Below, in pieces: positions 52,512 to 64,000 of a stretch of DNA of 64,000 bases. The notes under the pieces are model-generated. The model had not been told where the DNA came from, did not search any database, and saw nothing but the letters and a program-made list of their open reading frames with translations. This DNA is from Blastocladiella emersonii ATCC 22665. Its lineage: Eukaryota; Fungi; Blastocladiomycota. The translations under genes and the position numbers were made by a program. The DNA lies in NCBI GenBank assembly GCA_025594325.1, contig JANHCV010000007.1, positions 310,001 through 374,000 of the forward strand, written 5' to 3'. How positions within the stretch are numbered: the first letter of the stretch is position 1; each line of letters begins with the position of its first letter.

Positions 52512-54940
52512 ATGGACTTCCAGATCCCGGGCGACCGCGTCGTCGGCCCGTACCTCGACGAGCTGCGCCACCAGGTCGCCACGCTGCTCGGCGTCCGCCA
52601 CCAGCGGTTCCCCGGCGCTCAGCCCGTCTCGTTTGTCCGCGAGCACATGGACGCTCTGCTCAATCGGAACTTTTTCGTGTGCGAGAAGGTGCTACTGGTC
52701 GCCGCTTCGCCTTCACTTGTGCGGTGCTGACTGCCTCCCCCGAACCAGACGGACGGGATCCGCATCCTCATGTTCTCCACCTTCAACCGCGTCACGCGCA
52801 AGTACGAGACGTTCCTGGTGCGTCCGCTCTGCCCGCACGCCTCCCTCCCGCTCCGCGCCAACACCGTCCCTCACGCGACTAGATTGACCGCAAAAACGAC
52901 TTCTACTTCACCCCGATCCTGCTGCCCGAGAACTCGGACCCCAACGTCAAGCGCTACACCAAGTTCCACTACAACACGCTCATTGACGGCGAGCTGATCC
53001 TCGACGATCTGCCCAACGGGGTGCGTGCCGTGCGCGCAGTTCGGCGAGTGGGAACTGACAGTCTGCGCGGCGTGTAGCAACGCGTGCTCCGGTTCCTCGT
53101 CTTCGACTGCCTCGCGTGGAACGGCAAGGTCCTCATCTCGCGGCCCTTCCACATCCGGCTCGGGGTGCGTTACTGTTGGCGTGCTGCTGCGGGGCCAACT
53201 CGGCTGACGCGACGCCGAGCGTGTGTGTGTAGCACTTTCACGATTTTGTCCTCAAACCGCTCAAGCGCATGGCGACCGAGCGGCCCGACTTGATACGTCG
53301 CATCCCCTTCGAGTGCGTAGAACTCGCTTCTCTGCGCTGCGATCCGACCCTGACCGATTCCCCGTGTTTAGGATCGTTGCCAAGAAGATGGAGCTGTCAT
53401 ACGGCGTCCAGCAGGTCCGTCATCCCGCTCTCCACCTCCGCCTCGACCCCCGCACTGACTCTCCGCGTCACAGATCTTTGATGAGATGCCCAACCTCGGC
53501 CACAAGTCGGACGGCCTCATCTTCACCTCGTCCGACGAGCCCTACACGCTCGGCACCGACCAGAACATGTTTGTGCCCCTTGTTACCTCCCCCACATCGA
53601 TCCCGCCACTCACCTCCCCGCTCGCCACCGCCGCCGCCGTGTAGCCTCAAGTGGAAACCCGCCGAAGAGAACACGGTCGACTTCATGCTGCTCATCGACT
53701 GCGCCTCGGGTGAGATGACCATCCACCTGTGGGCCGGCGGCGACAACCACCGGTACCACGGCACCATTGCCGAGCCCGACCCGGAGATTCGCGCGTACGT
53801 TCTCCCGCGGGTGCACATTGCACACCGGACCCGGCTGACACGATCACCTATAGCCAGCTCATGGCGTCGCACGGCAAAATCATCGAGTGCAACTGGAACC
53901 CCGACTTCCCGGGCAACTGGCGGTTCATGCGGTTCCGCACCGACAAGAACACGGCCAACCACATGTCCGTCTACGACCGCATCATGGACAGTATCCGCGA
54001 CGGCGTGTCGCGGGACGAGGTGCGTTTGTTTTGACTCCCGCACTCCGTATCTCGCTGACGTGTGCACGTCGCGTAGCTCGTGAACGCGGCACCCGAGATC
54101 CGCAGCAACTGGAAGATCCGCGAGCAGCACCGCGGCACCGCGCCGCCGCCAAGGTCCGCACCGCCACCCCCGCCGCCGCACGCGCACGCGCAGCAGCGGC
54201 ACGACTACGGCGGCCGGTACGACTCGCCACCACCACCACCCGCTCCCGCCGCCGCGGCGCCCGAGTCCACTGGCGTATGGCGCCCGCCAGGCCAGTCGCG
54301 GCCGTCGAACGGCCACGCTGAGTTCCCCGCGACCACCAGCAGCAGCCACGACTACGCGCCGCAGTCCCCGCGACACAACAGTCACGGCCACTACGCCCCG
54401 CAATCCCCGCGCCGCGCGCCTGCCGCGCACCCGGACGACGATTTCCAGGTGCGCTCCGCCGTGCACCCGGACGACGACTTCCAGGTCCGCCCGCGATCGG
54501 CGAATTCGCACTCGCGGTCCCGCCGCGCTAGCGACGACGACGATTTCCAGGTCCGCGCGCCGCCCCCGCCGCACTCGCACTCGCGCCGCGAGGATAACTT
54601 CGAGGTGCACCCGCGTGACACGGCGCCACCACCGCGGCGCGCAGCGTACGACAGCGAGGACGAGGACGACGGGTTCGAGGTGCGCCGTCGGGGACCGCCG
54701 CAGCCGCCGCGGGAGCGGGAACGCCGCGACGCGACGACCACGGACGATGATGACGAGGGAGAAGGGTACTACGGCAGCGGCGGCAACGATGCGGCGGTCG
54801 CGTCGCCACCACGGCACGAAGGCGGGAACGAGCCGGCGGGGACGGGGACGGGGACGAGTAGCGCGAACCGGTCGGTCGAGGAGCTCGTGCCCGTCACCAA
54901 CGACGATTTTGATCTCGGGCTGGACTCGGGGGACGAGTGA
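52512..54940 (+). CDS. CEG1: mRNA capping enzyme alpha subunit (RNA guanylyltransferase) with a long repetitive C-terminal tail
   Basis: FPGAQPVSF; motif I EK|TDG across intron 52689-52748; LIDGELI, FLVFD, DGLIF, LKWKP, W..MRFRTDK...NH. Nine GT-AG introns; no triphosphatase domain. Confidence 0.93.
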
Positions 54941-55306
54941 GTGAGTTGTGCGGCGCGGGTGACGACGGAATATATGAGACGAGCTTATTGCGCAACTCGG
55001 GACTCGTGGACATGGGGATCGTCGTGAGCTGTGAAGCAAGGGAGGAGACGCGGCGGGGCGGCATGCGTGGACGACCGCGGCCAGCGACGGACTGGACTGT
55101 CTCGGCCGACCCGTCGCGTCCTGTTGGTCGCTGGCGTCGGTCGGGTTCCGACGCCCGAGGCTCGAGGAGCGGAAGTCGTGCTGCGCCACGGACGTGATCG
55201 GAGACGTGACGCACCCCTGTGCGACTTCATCCGCGCACTCGCCTAACTCTTCACTACCAACGCTAGACCCATGCATCGGATGGAATAACTTCTTGCAACG
55301 CAAACT

Positions 55307-58300
55307 ATGCCCCGCGGTCCATCCAAATCCGCTTCCGGCGCAGCTGCGCCCCGAAAGCGGACTCGCAAGGCGCCCGGTCCCGCATCCGAGCCTTACATTC
55401 GCTTACCCGTCGACGACCCGGTGCCCGCGCACCCGCACAACTCGCCTTGCTCTCATGACCACTTGGAACGCCGCCTACTTGCCGAACGGGCGGCCCGCGG
55501 GTGGTGGAAGCCCGCCGAACTTACACCGCAGGGCCCGCACGATACGATCGACGTCAGTCACTTGGGCGCCCGATATCCGCTCGCCGACGCCGACGAGGTC
55601 CTCGTGACGGGGTTTCCGTTCAGCGAGGACTGGGGCAAGCTGGAGGACAAGCCCAGCGATCAGCCTGGTACGCCAGCTGTTCCCGCATCCACCCTCGAGC
55701 AAAGGACTAACGTAACATGGACAGACCTGCTTCTCGGCACCCGCGGCGTCCAATCATGCACCCGCCTGCCGCTCCCGCCGCACGCGCTCGATGTCGACGG
55801 CAACTGGGTCGATCGCGAGCTGCCGGTCTTCGCGGAGCTGACGCTGCACCTCGAGCCGCTCTTCATCATCAACCGCGGCTACTACGGCCAACACGTCGAC
55901 AAGGACGTGTGGAACGGCAACCACTCGTACTACCGCCTACCGCCGCGCTCCGCCCCGTGGACGCACACCGAGATCCGCACGCTCAAACCGACCGACTTCA
56001 AGGCCGACTACTCGCACGACCGCTACTTTGAGGCGCCCGTCGCGTAGCCGCCCGACCACGCCGAGTGGAAGACGGCCAACATCAAACCGCTGCTCCTGCC
56101 GACGCTGCTCGGCGACGCGCGGTTCGCCGCCGACGACCCGGAGCCGCAGGAGCTCATCGAATCGCCCGCGGCCTTGCTCCCGCTCGGCTCGCCCAGCTGG
56201 CGCCCGCGGTGGGCGACCAAGGCCGGCGACCTGTTCGTCCTCAAGTTCCACGACAACGCGTTTCAGCTCCCGGAAATCCTTAAACGGGTCGACGCTTCGA
56301 TTGCACGGTACATCCGTATCCTCCTCCGCCCGCGCTTGGGATCCAACTACCGCTACGGCGGCGGCGGCGCGCAGAACGTTTGGAGCTACGAGTGGCAGGT
56401 CTGCCTCCGCACGGCCGACGTCAACCGCGACCTGCGCGCGAAAGTGCCCGGCGCGCTCGCCGCGCTCCGCAAGCTCCTCAAGCTCTACCCGCCCGCCATC
56501 GCGCTCGCCGCGGACCAGGTTCAGGCTGACCGGATGACCTCGAGCTGCTGGGAGCGCACGTGGGACCCGTCCGCGGCCGCAGCTGCGCCCGCTGGGTTTC
56601 GGGGCGTGCTCAGCGACGATCAGCAGTGCACGCTCGCGTGGTTGTACGCGCGCGAGTCGGATCCCGCGGCGCGGACATTTGTCGATCCCGACCTGCGCGA
56701 TGCGTGCCCGTTCGTGCGGCTTGGACCCGGCGGCGTGCTCTACAACTTTGTCCGCGGCGAATGGGCCGAGCGCGACGTGTGGGTCACGGAACGCGGCGCC
56801 CCGCTCGCGCTCGAGACGCGCGACTCGGTGCTCAAGGCGCAGTGGCCGTTCGAGGTGCTTCCCGCCGTCCTCGCGCTCGTGCACGTTTGTCCAGGCCGCG
56901 AGCCGGGTGACGTTACCGTTGGATCCACGGCTTATGTCGAGTCGCGCGCTACGCTTATCGTGTGCTCCGACGATAACGTAGATCGCGTTGTCAGCGAGAC
57001 GACCGCGCTGCTTTCCGCCACTTCGCGCGTGCTTGTTCTGCGCGACTTCGAAGATTACAACTGCGCGTCGTGGGACGACGTGTGCTCCGCCGACGTCGTC
57101 GTTCTCGCCGAGGCTTTGGCACATTCGGGTCAATACCGCGCTCGTGTCGCGGAGCTCGTGGGCGCCGACTGGTGGCAGCGGCCGCTGCTTCGCATGGAGC
57201 GCGAGCCCGTGCTCGGCGAGCGAGTCGACGAAGGCCTCACGCTACCTTTCGATTTCTCGAAGGAACTTGACGATTACCTGGCGGACGTGGTCGCCACGGG
57301 CCCCGCTCAGTTTGGTCCGCGCGTCGGCGAGGTCGTCTTCGAGCGTACTTGGTTCCACCGCGTCGTTCTCGTGGGTGCCGACGAAATGACAGTCAGCCCG
57401 AAAGAGCCGACGGAGCTTGATATCGGGTACTTTGACCTCGACCTTCCCGGCGACTTTTTCACGAGCGACGCGCACGCCGAGGCGCGGGCCGAGGCGGGCT
57501 ACTCGATTGCGAACCACGACTTCGCGATGCTGGGCGAGGTGCACCGCGAGCTGATCATCGAGCGGCAGGCCCAGGAGGACGCGAAATGGTGCCTGCGCGG
57601 GATCGAGGCGGCGAAGCGGCTGGCAGCGCTCCGCGACGCTTACCACGACCGCGTCGCCGAGGTTCGCGGTATCCTCGACCTGCTTGGCGGTCTGCGCGGG
57701 TCCTTTACGGTTCACATTGTCGGCGCGCAGAACCGAGACCAGGAAACGGTCGCGCGGAACCTTCCTGCCGATGCACCGCAACGCGCAGAGCTCTTGCAGC
57801 TGTACAACAGCAGCATTGCGCGCACCGTCTGGCCGTTGTCAGGGCGCGATCACCGCCAGGCGTTCGAGTTCGAGACTCGGCTTGTGCAGCTGACGCCGGC
57901 CGAGATTCTCCTCGCTCACGCCGCTACAGCGGCCACGGCGCCGCTCACGCTGCGCGAGTTCATCAAGGGGTTCCAGCACCACCAGCTCGCGTCGGACTCG
58001 GACTGGCACGCGCTTGCTTCGCTTGACCACGGCGCCGTGGACCCGCGTACCTTGGCGCAGCGTGTCCTCGCCTGGGACATGACTTATATCCGGGATTTTC
58101 CCGAGTACCTGTCTGTTCACCTCGAGGACTTTCGCCTTGATGTTTCGATCGCGGTCGCGAATTGGCCCGCTGGTCGCAGTTGGGTGCTCTCGCACGGACT
58201 CACCGCTGACGATCTCGAAGACCGTGTCGGGCCTGCTCGAACTGACGCGGTGACTCTCGCCGACGAGGCTCGCTTGCGGTCGCTCGTGCTCCCCGTGCTC

Positions 58301-59050
58301 GATTGGCGCCAGCGCCTTGATCGGGCGCAGCGGAAAGTCGACTCGCTTCGCGTGATCGCGCCGCTGCTTGGCGCGGTCCGTGACACGGTTCCAATCGCGT
58401 GCTCGCGGTGCGCGAGCGCCGTTCATCACGCCGACCCGTTCGTGGTCACACCGTGCGCGCACGTTTTCTGCGTCGGGTGCTCCGCTGCAGTCGCAACCTC
58501 GTGTCCCACATGCGCAATCCAGTTCGACGCCGACTTTGTGACGCGGTATCCCGGCGGCGGGGCGCTCGTCTGCGACGCAAACGGGTCCAAGCTCAAAGCC
58601 GTCGCCAACTACCTCTTCAAATCCGCGTCCGCCTCACCTCGCCGCCTCAAAGCCGTTGTGTACACACAGTTCACCGGCTTCGCGCGCCTCCTCGCCACGT
58701 GGCTCGACATGATCGGCATCAATGTCACCAACGGTACGGCCATGCCGGCTGGCGAGGCCATCGAGGAGTTCTCGCAACCGTTCGGCGGACCCGTCGTGCC
58801 CATCCTCCGCCCCGAGTCGCGAACCGACTGCGCGTCCCTCGCCGCGGCGACCCACGTCGTCTTCGCGCATCCGATCGTCGCGGACTCGGAGCACGCGGCG
58901 CGCGAGCTCGAGATGCGGTTGGTTGCGAACGCGACGAAGGCGTACCGACGCGCTCCTGTCCCGTGCATCAAGATCGTCCGGTTCGCGGCGGCGGGGACGG
59001 TCGAGGCCGAGGTCGCGAAACGGCGGATTCGCGCGCCGTGGGAGAGTTGA
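55307..59050 (+). pseudogene. SNF2/Rad5-like RING protein with degenerate ATPase motifs, copy 2 (single in-frame TAG at 56045-56047)
   Basis: Colinear with 9446-13309. Same intron position (55668-55724, branch GACTAAC). The frame continues after the TAG with homologous sequence (KTANIKPLLLP...FAADDPEP). RING and helicase-C-like C-terminus present. Confidence 0.7.
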
Positions 59051-59949
59051 GTCGATCGAGTGTGGATAGTAGCGATAGTGTTATCACATAGTCACACTAG
59101 GTGTGTGTGCTGCGCACACACTTGGGTCTCAGCTGTAGCTTTAGTCTGCCGTGTCGATGATGAGAACAGCAGCGCAGGTACAACGCGCGCGGTAGGCACG
59201 CGTCCATGGCCAACTCCCCCACGGCCATGAGCATCGTGGTCGCGGAAAATCACGTTATTCGGTTGAGCAAGCACTCGAAGCCGTGGCTCATGGTCGGAAA
59301 TGAGGCTGGACTCAAACATGTCGCGCTGGCTGCCCGAAAGTCCGTACCAGTTAAGTTAACTGAGTTAACAAAGTTGAGGAGCGGGAGAAGCCCTTGTGGC
59401 CAAGGTCGCGGCCGCTCACGCCGCCTTGTTCCTGAGCGCGGATCGTCCGCAGCCTTGCTGGGGAGAACGTTCGCCCAAGCACCTGCTCATGGTCCCGGTC
59501 CATGAGAAGCAGTCTAAGAGCCAGTCGACCTCACGCACCTGTTCCCGCCGTGTGCTTTCTGTGTTGCGGTTGGTAAGCTTGCGATCCACCAGGCCGAACT
59601 GGTACGAGGCTGCATCGGCAGCACCCTTCGCAAATGAAGAAGCCACTAACGAGAAGGCCAAGGCCAGGTCCGCAGCAGCGACGGTCGCTGGGTTGCTGGT
59701 CGGCGCGTGACGGATCAAGCGTGGTGTGTTGCAGTGGGCGGGAAGGTTAATAAAAACTTGGATAATTTGGACGACGTCGTGAAGCGCCGCAGTACATGGG
59801 CGTCACCCTGACTCGCGTTCTGGGCGATGGCTATTGAGCGGAACGCAACGAGCGTCGCCGTGAGGATCTTTCGCACGCGGCCGACGTCTGACCAGCGATC
59901 AGGATCGAGCCCAAGGGGATCTTGACGCAGGGCCAGTCCTTGACGTCGA

Positions 59950-60721
59950 TCACGTCAACGATGCGCATGTGCGCCTCGCCCGTAACCTCGTCAACGACGC
60001 GTTGGAGCGAGAAAGAATTGTGTCGCGCAGGTCGACCCGCACGACGCGGTACGCGGTGTCGAGCACGATTCGCGGCTGGCTACTTTCAGTATGATGCAGT
60101 GGGCGCGTACACGCCTGACGCTGCTGAGCCTTCTTCTTTATCGCCGGGCTAGGCTCGGTTAGCTGGCGTGATCCAGTTGTGGTCGTGGATCCTCGGAGTC
60201 GTTCTCGCCGCCTGAAACCTATGTTTCGGGCTCGCGTCGCACCGTTCTCGCCTTGCTGCGTGCATGTTGAGCTTTCTCCAGTCAATGTGTACGTCAGTTT
60301 TCGCTCCATGGTGGCCAGTTTAGTGGCGGAGAAAGGGTCGGGTTCGCGCGTTCCCGCCTCGCCCAACGGGTTTTCCGACAGGTCGAGGTGCAAGACCGAG
60401 TCGGGAAGTTGAAGTGAGCGGACGCGGGCGAGGGTGAGGCCGCAGCCGACGAGCGAGACCCGCGTGATACTCTGCGAGGCGCTGCTGAAAGCCTTTCCAA
60501 GGCGGCGGACACCCCGGTCAGTGAAGAACTTGTACGAGAGCTCGACCGAGTCGATTTGACCGATTTCGATCGCGGGAGCGAGTACGAGCCGCGTTTAAAT
60601 CATCGGGCAGTAGCAACACGGCCTCGCTATGGATCGTGTCGATCAGGTGCGGGATCTTGAGCGACCCTCGGATGGCACGTTGCATGTGCTTTCCATGTTT
60701 ATTTTGGCTTTTTCGCTGCAT
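59950..60721 (-). pseudogene. RNI-like leucine-rich-repeat gene, frameshifted and decayed
   Basis: Removing one A near 60597 joins MQRKSQNK... to LTRLVL...VELSYKFFTDRGVRRL...VSLVGCGLT...LHLDLSENPLGEAG. Confidence 0.5.
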
Positions 60722-61189
60722 GGTAGTCGGGTTTGAGAGCGGAGATGCCGTGCGAGCAGGGGCGAGCTTCAAGCGGCGCCACTCGGTTTCATCACGTTTC
60801 CGCTCACATGATAGATTGACGCGTCGCTGTCTCGCACTTAGGCGGCCCTCAGTGATCATGTTTCGGCACCGGAAATTTTATTCCTATCGATGACGGCAAT
60901 GGATACAGCGACACCGTTCCTCTCAACGTAGGTCGGGCTGCGAGTTAAACAGGCGGTTGAAGTCCGACGGGCCGCCCACAGGCGCAGGATAAAGTGACAT
61001 GATGGCAAGATAATATCGTTGCAGTAGGTTGCGTTACTTCATCTGCTTCATGGGAGGGAGATCGTGTGTTGGCGAGGGAGAGGCGGCCGAAACGCATACT
61101 CGCAGAATTGTCTCGCATCGGTCATCTGATGCATCCCAAACAGTAAAACTGCCAAGCACTTAGCCCCTGCTGCCAAGCAGGTAGCGCGT

Positions 61190-62758
61190 ATGTCTTCTCT
61201 CCTCCACGACAACCAAACAACGAAGCGAATGGATCAGACTTCCGGCAACGGAGAGCCCGGGCCCGGCGCAGCGTTACAGCCGCTTCCTGTCCAGGCGGCG
61301 GCGCCCGACTTTTATCCCGTCGGGCTCGCGCAGCCTCCAGCTCAGCCCCGTGGCGGACCGCAGCCGGACTTGACGCCTGACCAGCAGCCACACGCTTCGG
61401 CAAATCAATCGGTTACTCTTCTTCCACTCGGCGAACCTCGACAGGACCCAGCTGTGCTTCACTTGCGCCAGGACTTGTCCGCCAGCAACGAGCGGCTTGT
61501 CGCTCAGGAGGGCGCAGCGAACACTCTCCGAACCGAACGCGACCAGCTTACCGTCGACCTTGCCGAAGCGCGGCAGCGGATCCAGGAGCTTCAAGCGGCG
61601 CATGCAGCCGAGCTCGCCGCCGTGACCGCTCAGCGCGACGCAGCCGCTCGCGAGCACAAAGACGCGGTCTCATCGGCCGAGGATCTTGGGACCCAGCTTC
61701 GCATTACCAAGATCAAACTTGCCGCGGCCAGCGAGATTTCCGAAATTGCTGACGCTCGCGCCTCCCGGCTCAAGGACGAGCTTGACGCGGCTCGGAACCG
61801 GCTGACCGCCGTTTCTCCCGACCATGCTTTGACGGCCAGCGAGCTTGCTGCAGCCAAGCAGGACCTCGCTCAGGCCGCGGAGAAACTCGATGCAGCCGAA
61901 GCTCGCACATCTTCGCTTGTAACCGAACTTGATTCGACCTATCTTGCACTCACGCGGGCCCGGGCCGATCACGTCAAGGCTTCCGAGTCGCTCGCCGCTG
62001 TCAAGGTCGAGCTCACCGGTTTGTCTGCGCAACTCGATGAGCTGCGCAGCGATTTTGCCCAACAACTTGCTTTGGCCGAGTCCAAGCTTTCGCAGCTGGT
62101 TCCAGATCACGAAACGACGGTGCGCCAACTTGCGCTTGCAGAGGCCGAGGCCAATGCCTTGACCTCGGAGCTTGCCGCTGTCAAGCAGTCCCAGCTCACT
62201 ACTCTTGCGTCTCTGGCGGACTCCAAGGCAAGTAACAATAAACTTATTGCGCGTGCCCTTTGCTTTGAGCAATCGACCGCCAAGCTTACGAAAAAGCTGA
62301 ACGACGCGCAGTCAAACGGGACCGACCAGAGTGCGCGTATCGTGACCTTGACGACCAAGCTTGACCAGATCAAAGCAGACAATTCTCGACTCCGCGACAA
62401 GCGGCATCAGCTCTCTGAGAAGCTTGATCTCGGAGCTCCCTATCATTCCTTGAGCGACAGCGACCTTGCGCGGCGGGCCGGAGTGGATCGGACCGCGATC
62501 CGCAGGTACCCGCTTTCAAGGCCGCTCCAGACGGTCTTGGGTAAAGCTCTTACGGTCGGACGCAGTGCGTTCCGAAATATCGAGTACGCGCAATTTCCCA
62601 GTCGCGAGGCGATTCGTGGCGAGTTGTCCGAGGCTGATGATGTTCCACTTATCGATTCGGCCTTTCGCGACGATGAAGACGCTTGGCTTGATCGATGCGT
62701 CAAGCGCCTCGAAAAAGCGGATGCCGCTTGCTATGGGCTCGCTCGTTTCGCTTGCTAG
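61190..62758 (+). CDS. long coiled-coil protein with a C-terminal HTH-like motif
   Basis: Heptad-rich Ala/Leu/Glu/Lys region of ~300 aa, then SLSDSDLARRAGVDRTAIRRY; intronless. Confidence 0.65.
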   Translation: MSSLLHDNQTTKRMDQTSGNGEPGPGAALQPLPVQAAAPDFYPVGLAQPPAQPRGGPQPDLTPDQQPHASANQSVTLLPLGEPRQDPAVLHLRQDLSASNERLVAQEGAANTLRTERDQLTVDLAEARQRIQELQAAHAAELAAVTAQRDAAAREHKDAVSSAEDLGTQLRITKIKLAAASEISEIADARASRLKDELDAARNRLTAVSPDHALTASELAAAKQDLAQAAEKLDAAEARTSSLVTELDSTYLALTRARADHVKASESLAAVKVELTGLSAQLDELRSDFAQQLALAESKLSQLVPDHETTVRQLALAEAEANALTSELAAVKQSQLTTLASLADSKASNNKLIARALCFEQSTAKLTKKLNDAQSNGTDQSARIVTLTTKLDQIKADNSRLRDKRHQLSEKLDLGAPYHSLSDSDLARRAGVDRTAIRRYPLSRPLQTVLGKALTVGRSAFRNIEYAQFPSREAIRGELSEADDVPLIDSAFRDDEDAWLDRCVKRLEKADAACYGLARFAC

Positions 62759-63146
62759 CGGCTCGACCGCATGCTAGTGGCTGAAGCCTCTGCAGCGGGC
62801 AATGATTCCACGAATGCGTCGGCAAGCACCAGTGCGACTCAGGCTCAGCCTTGGGATCCGAACGAGCCTGATGTCCCTCGTCGCCAGAAGCGGCGCCGGA
62901 CGGACCCGGGAAACTGAAGCCGATTTATTGTTCCTTTGTTTCATGATAGTAACTGTTGTTTCAAGCTGATGGTCTGTGAGGAAATGTCTCATGTCTCGCG
63001 CCCCGCGGCGTGATCAGAGAAGTGATTTCGCGGGGCGTCTCGACCCAGCTGCCGTGTCCCACAGACTGAGCGCTCTTCACGCGTTCGGAGGAATCACTTT
63101 GCATTTTCATCCACTTGATCCCACAAGAATCACATCCCCATCTCGC

Positions 63147-64000
63147 TCAGTACGCCGGCGCGCGCGTCCAATCATCAAGCACAACGACCTTGCTGCCGTA
63201 CCCCTCAATCTCGCGGACCCCGCTCTCACTCATCTCGGTCCCCGCGACTGAGACTGACAGCTTGCCGCTCGCCATCCCCCTGACAAACCGGAGGATCGCG
63301 TCCACACTCGCGTCCGAGACCGGGTTCCCGTCGAGGACCAGGACCTCGATGTTCTTGGACACGCCCGCGAGCAGCACCCGCACCTCCTCGTCCGTGATCC
63401 CGAGCGCGCCGAGCCACAGGTAATCGAGCCGCTTGAGCCCCGCGACCGCCGTGACGAGCGCGCGGCGGCCCGGCGCGTCGTCGTCGCTCGCGTCGCCCGG
63501 CTCGCTGTTGAACAGCTTGAACGACCGCAACCCGGCGGCGAGGTGCGGCGCGAGGCACGCAAGGTCGCCGTCGTTGAGGGCGCAGAACGTCAGGTCGAGC
63601 GCGGTGAGCCCCTCGTGGAGGTACGGGGCGAGCGCGGGCATCGCGCCCGCGGCGACCGCGGTGTTGCCCGGAAGCCGCAGGTTCATGAGCGAGTCGGGGA
63701 TAACCGGGCCGAGCGCGGCGAGGTCGGCCGACGTCAGGCCGCACCGCTCGATGCGCAGGAATTCGAGGTCGCGCGGGAACGAGCGCAGCAGCGCGGCGAA
63801 GACGGGGAAGGTTTGGTGGTGGACTCGTGGCGGCCGAACGCGCAGTTGCGGAAGTACAGCGTCGTAAGCGTGTCGGGGAGGTACGTGAACAATGTAGTCG
63901 ATCCGTCAAGCTGGCCGAAATCGTAATCTTCGAAAACCAGCGACTCGAGCTTGCGCGGGAACAGGCTCCCGAGCGCCGCGGCGCACCGCGGGTCGATCCA
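63147..64000 (-). CDS. RNI-like leucine-rich-repeat protein (5' end outside the window; apparent frameshift ~63815-63835)
   Basis: LEFLRIERCGLT, LTALDLTFCALNDGD, LDYLWLGALGITDEEV and IEVLVLDGNPVSDASV. Upstream LRR-like sequence (LESLVFEDYDFG, LTTLYFRNCAFG) is in a different frame. Confidence 0.7.

Noticed and set aside
14648-56047. TAG stop-codon reassignment
   Set aside because: TAG ends gag, pol and the small secreted gene and is not scattered through conserved genes; only two isolated cases.
59092-59760. Separate gene on either strand
   Set aside because: Short ORFs with stops and no recognisable motif; may be the decayed 3' part of the LRR pseudogene.
62774-62992. A fifth DUF4470 copy suggested by an MKQRNNK start on the minus strand
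   Set aside because: Similarity is limited to a few basic residues; no downstream family motifs in any frame I read.

Overview
Eukaryotic, GC-rich, intron-bearing DNA with short ~50-65 nt GT-AG introns. The stand-alone mRNA guanylyltransferase and a Tf1/sushi-like chromovirus point to a fungus, probably an early-diverging lineage (inference). No rRNA, tRNA or CRISPR array was seen. A few housekeeping genes (a peroxisomal SDR, a PX-BAR sorting nexin and CEG1) sit among locally expanded families: four DUF4470-like genes, two SNF2/Rad5-like RING proteins that have lost their ATPase motifs, three single-pass membrane proteins with repeated cytosolic LYLP motifs plus a relic fourth, RNI-like LRR genes and a Ulp1-like protease. 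Mobile elements: an intact, very recent Ty3 chromovirus (identical 174-bp LTRs, CGCGC TSD, self-priming PBS, -1 slippery site); a 1.4-kb TA-flanked TIR element carrying convergent cargo ORFs but no transposase; a 5'-truncated non-LTR insertion with a 17-bp TSD inside a DUF4470 gene; and a LINE zinc-finger fragment. Family names come from motif recognition by eye, not from database searches.
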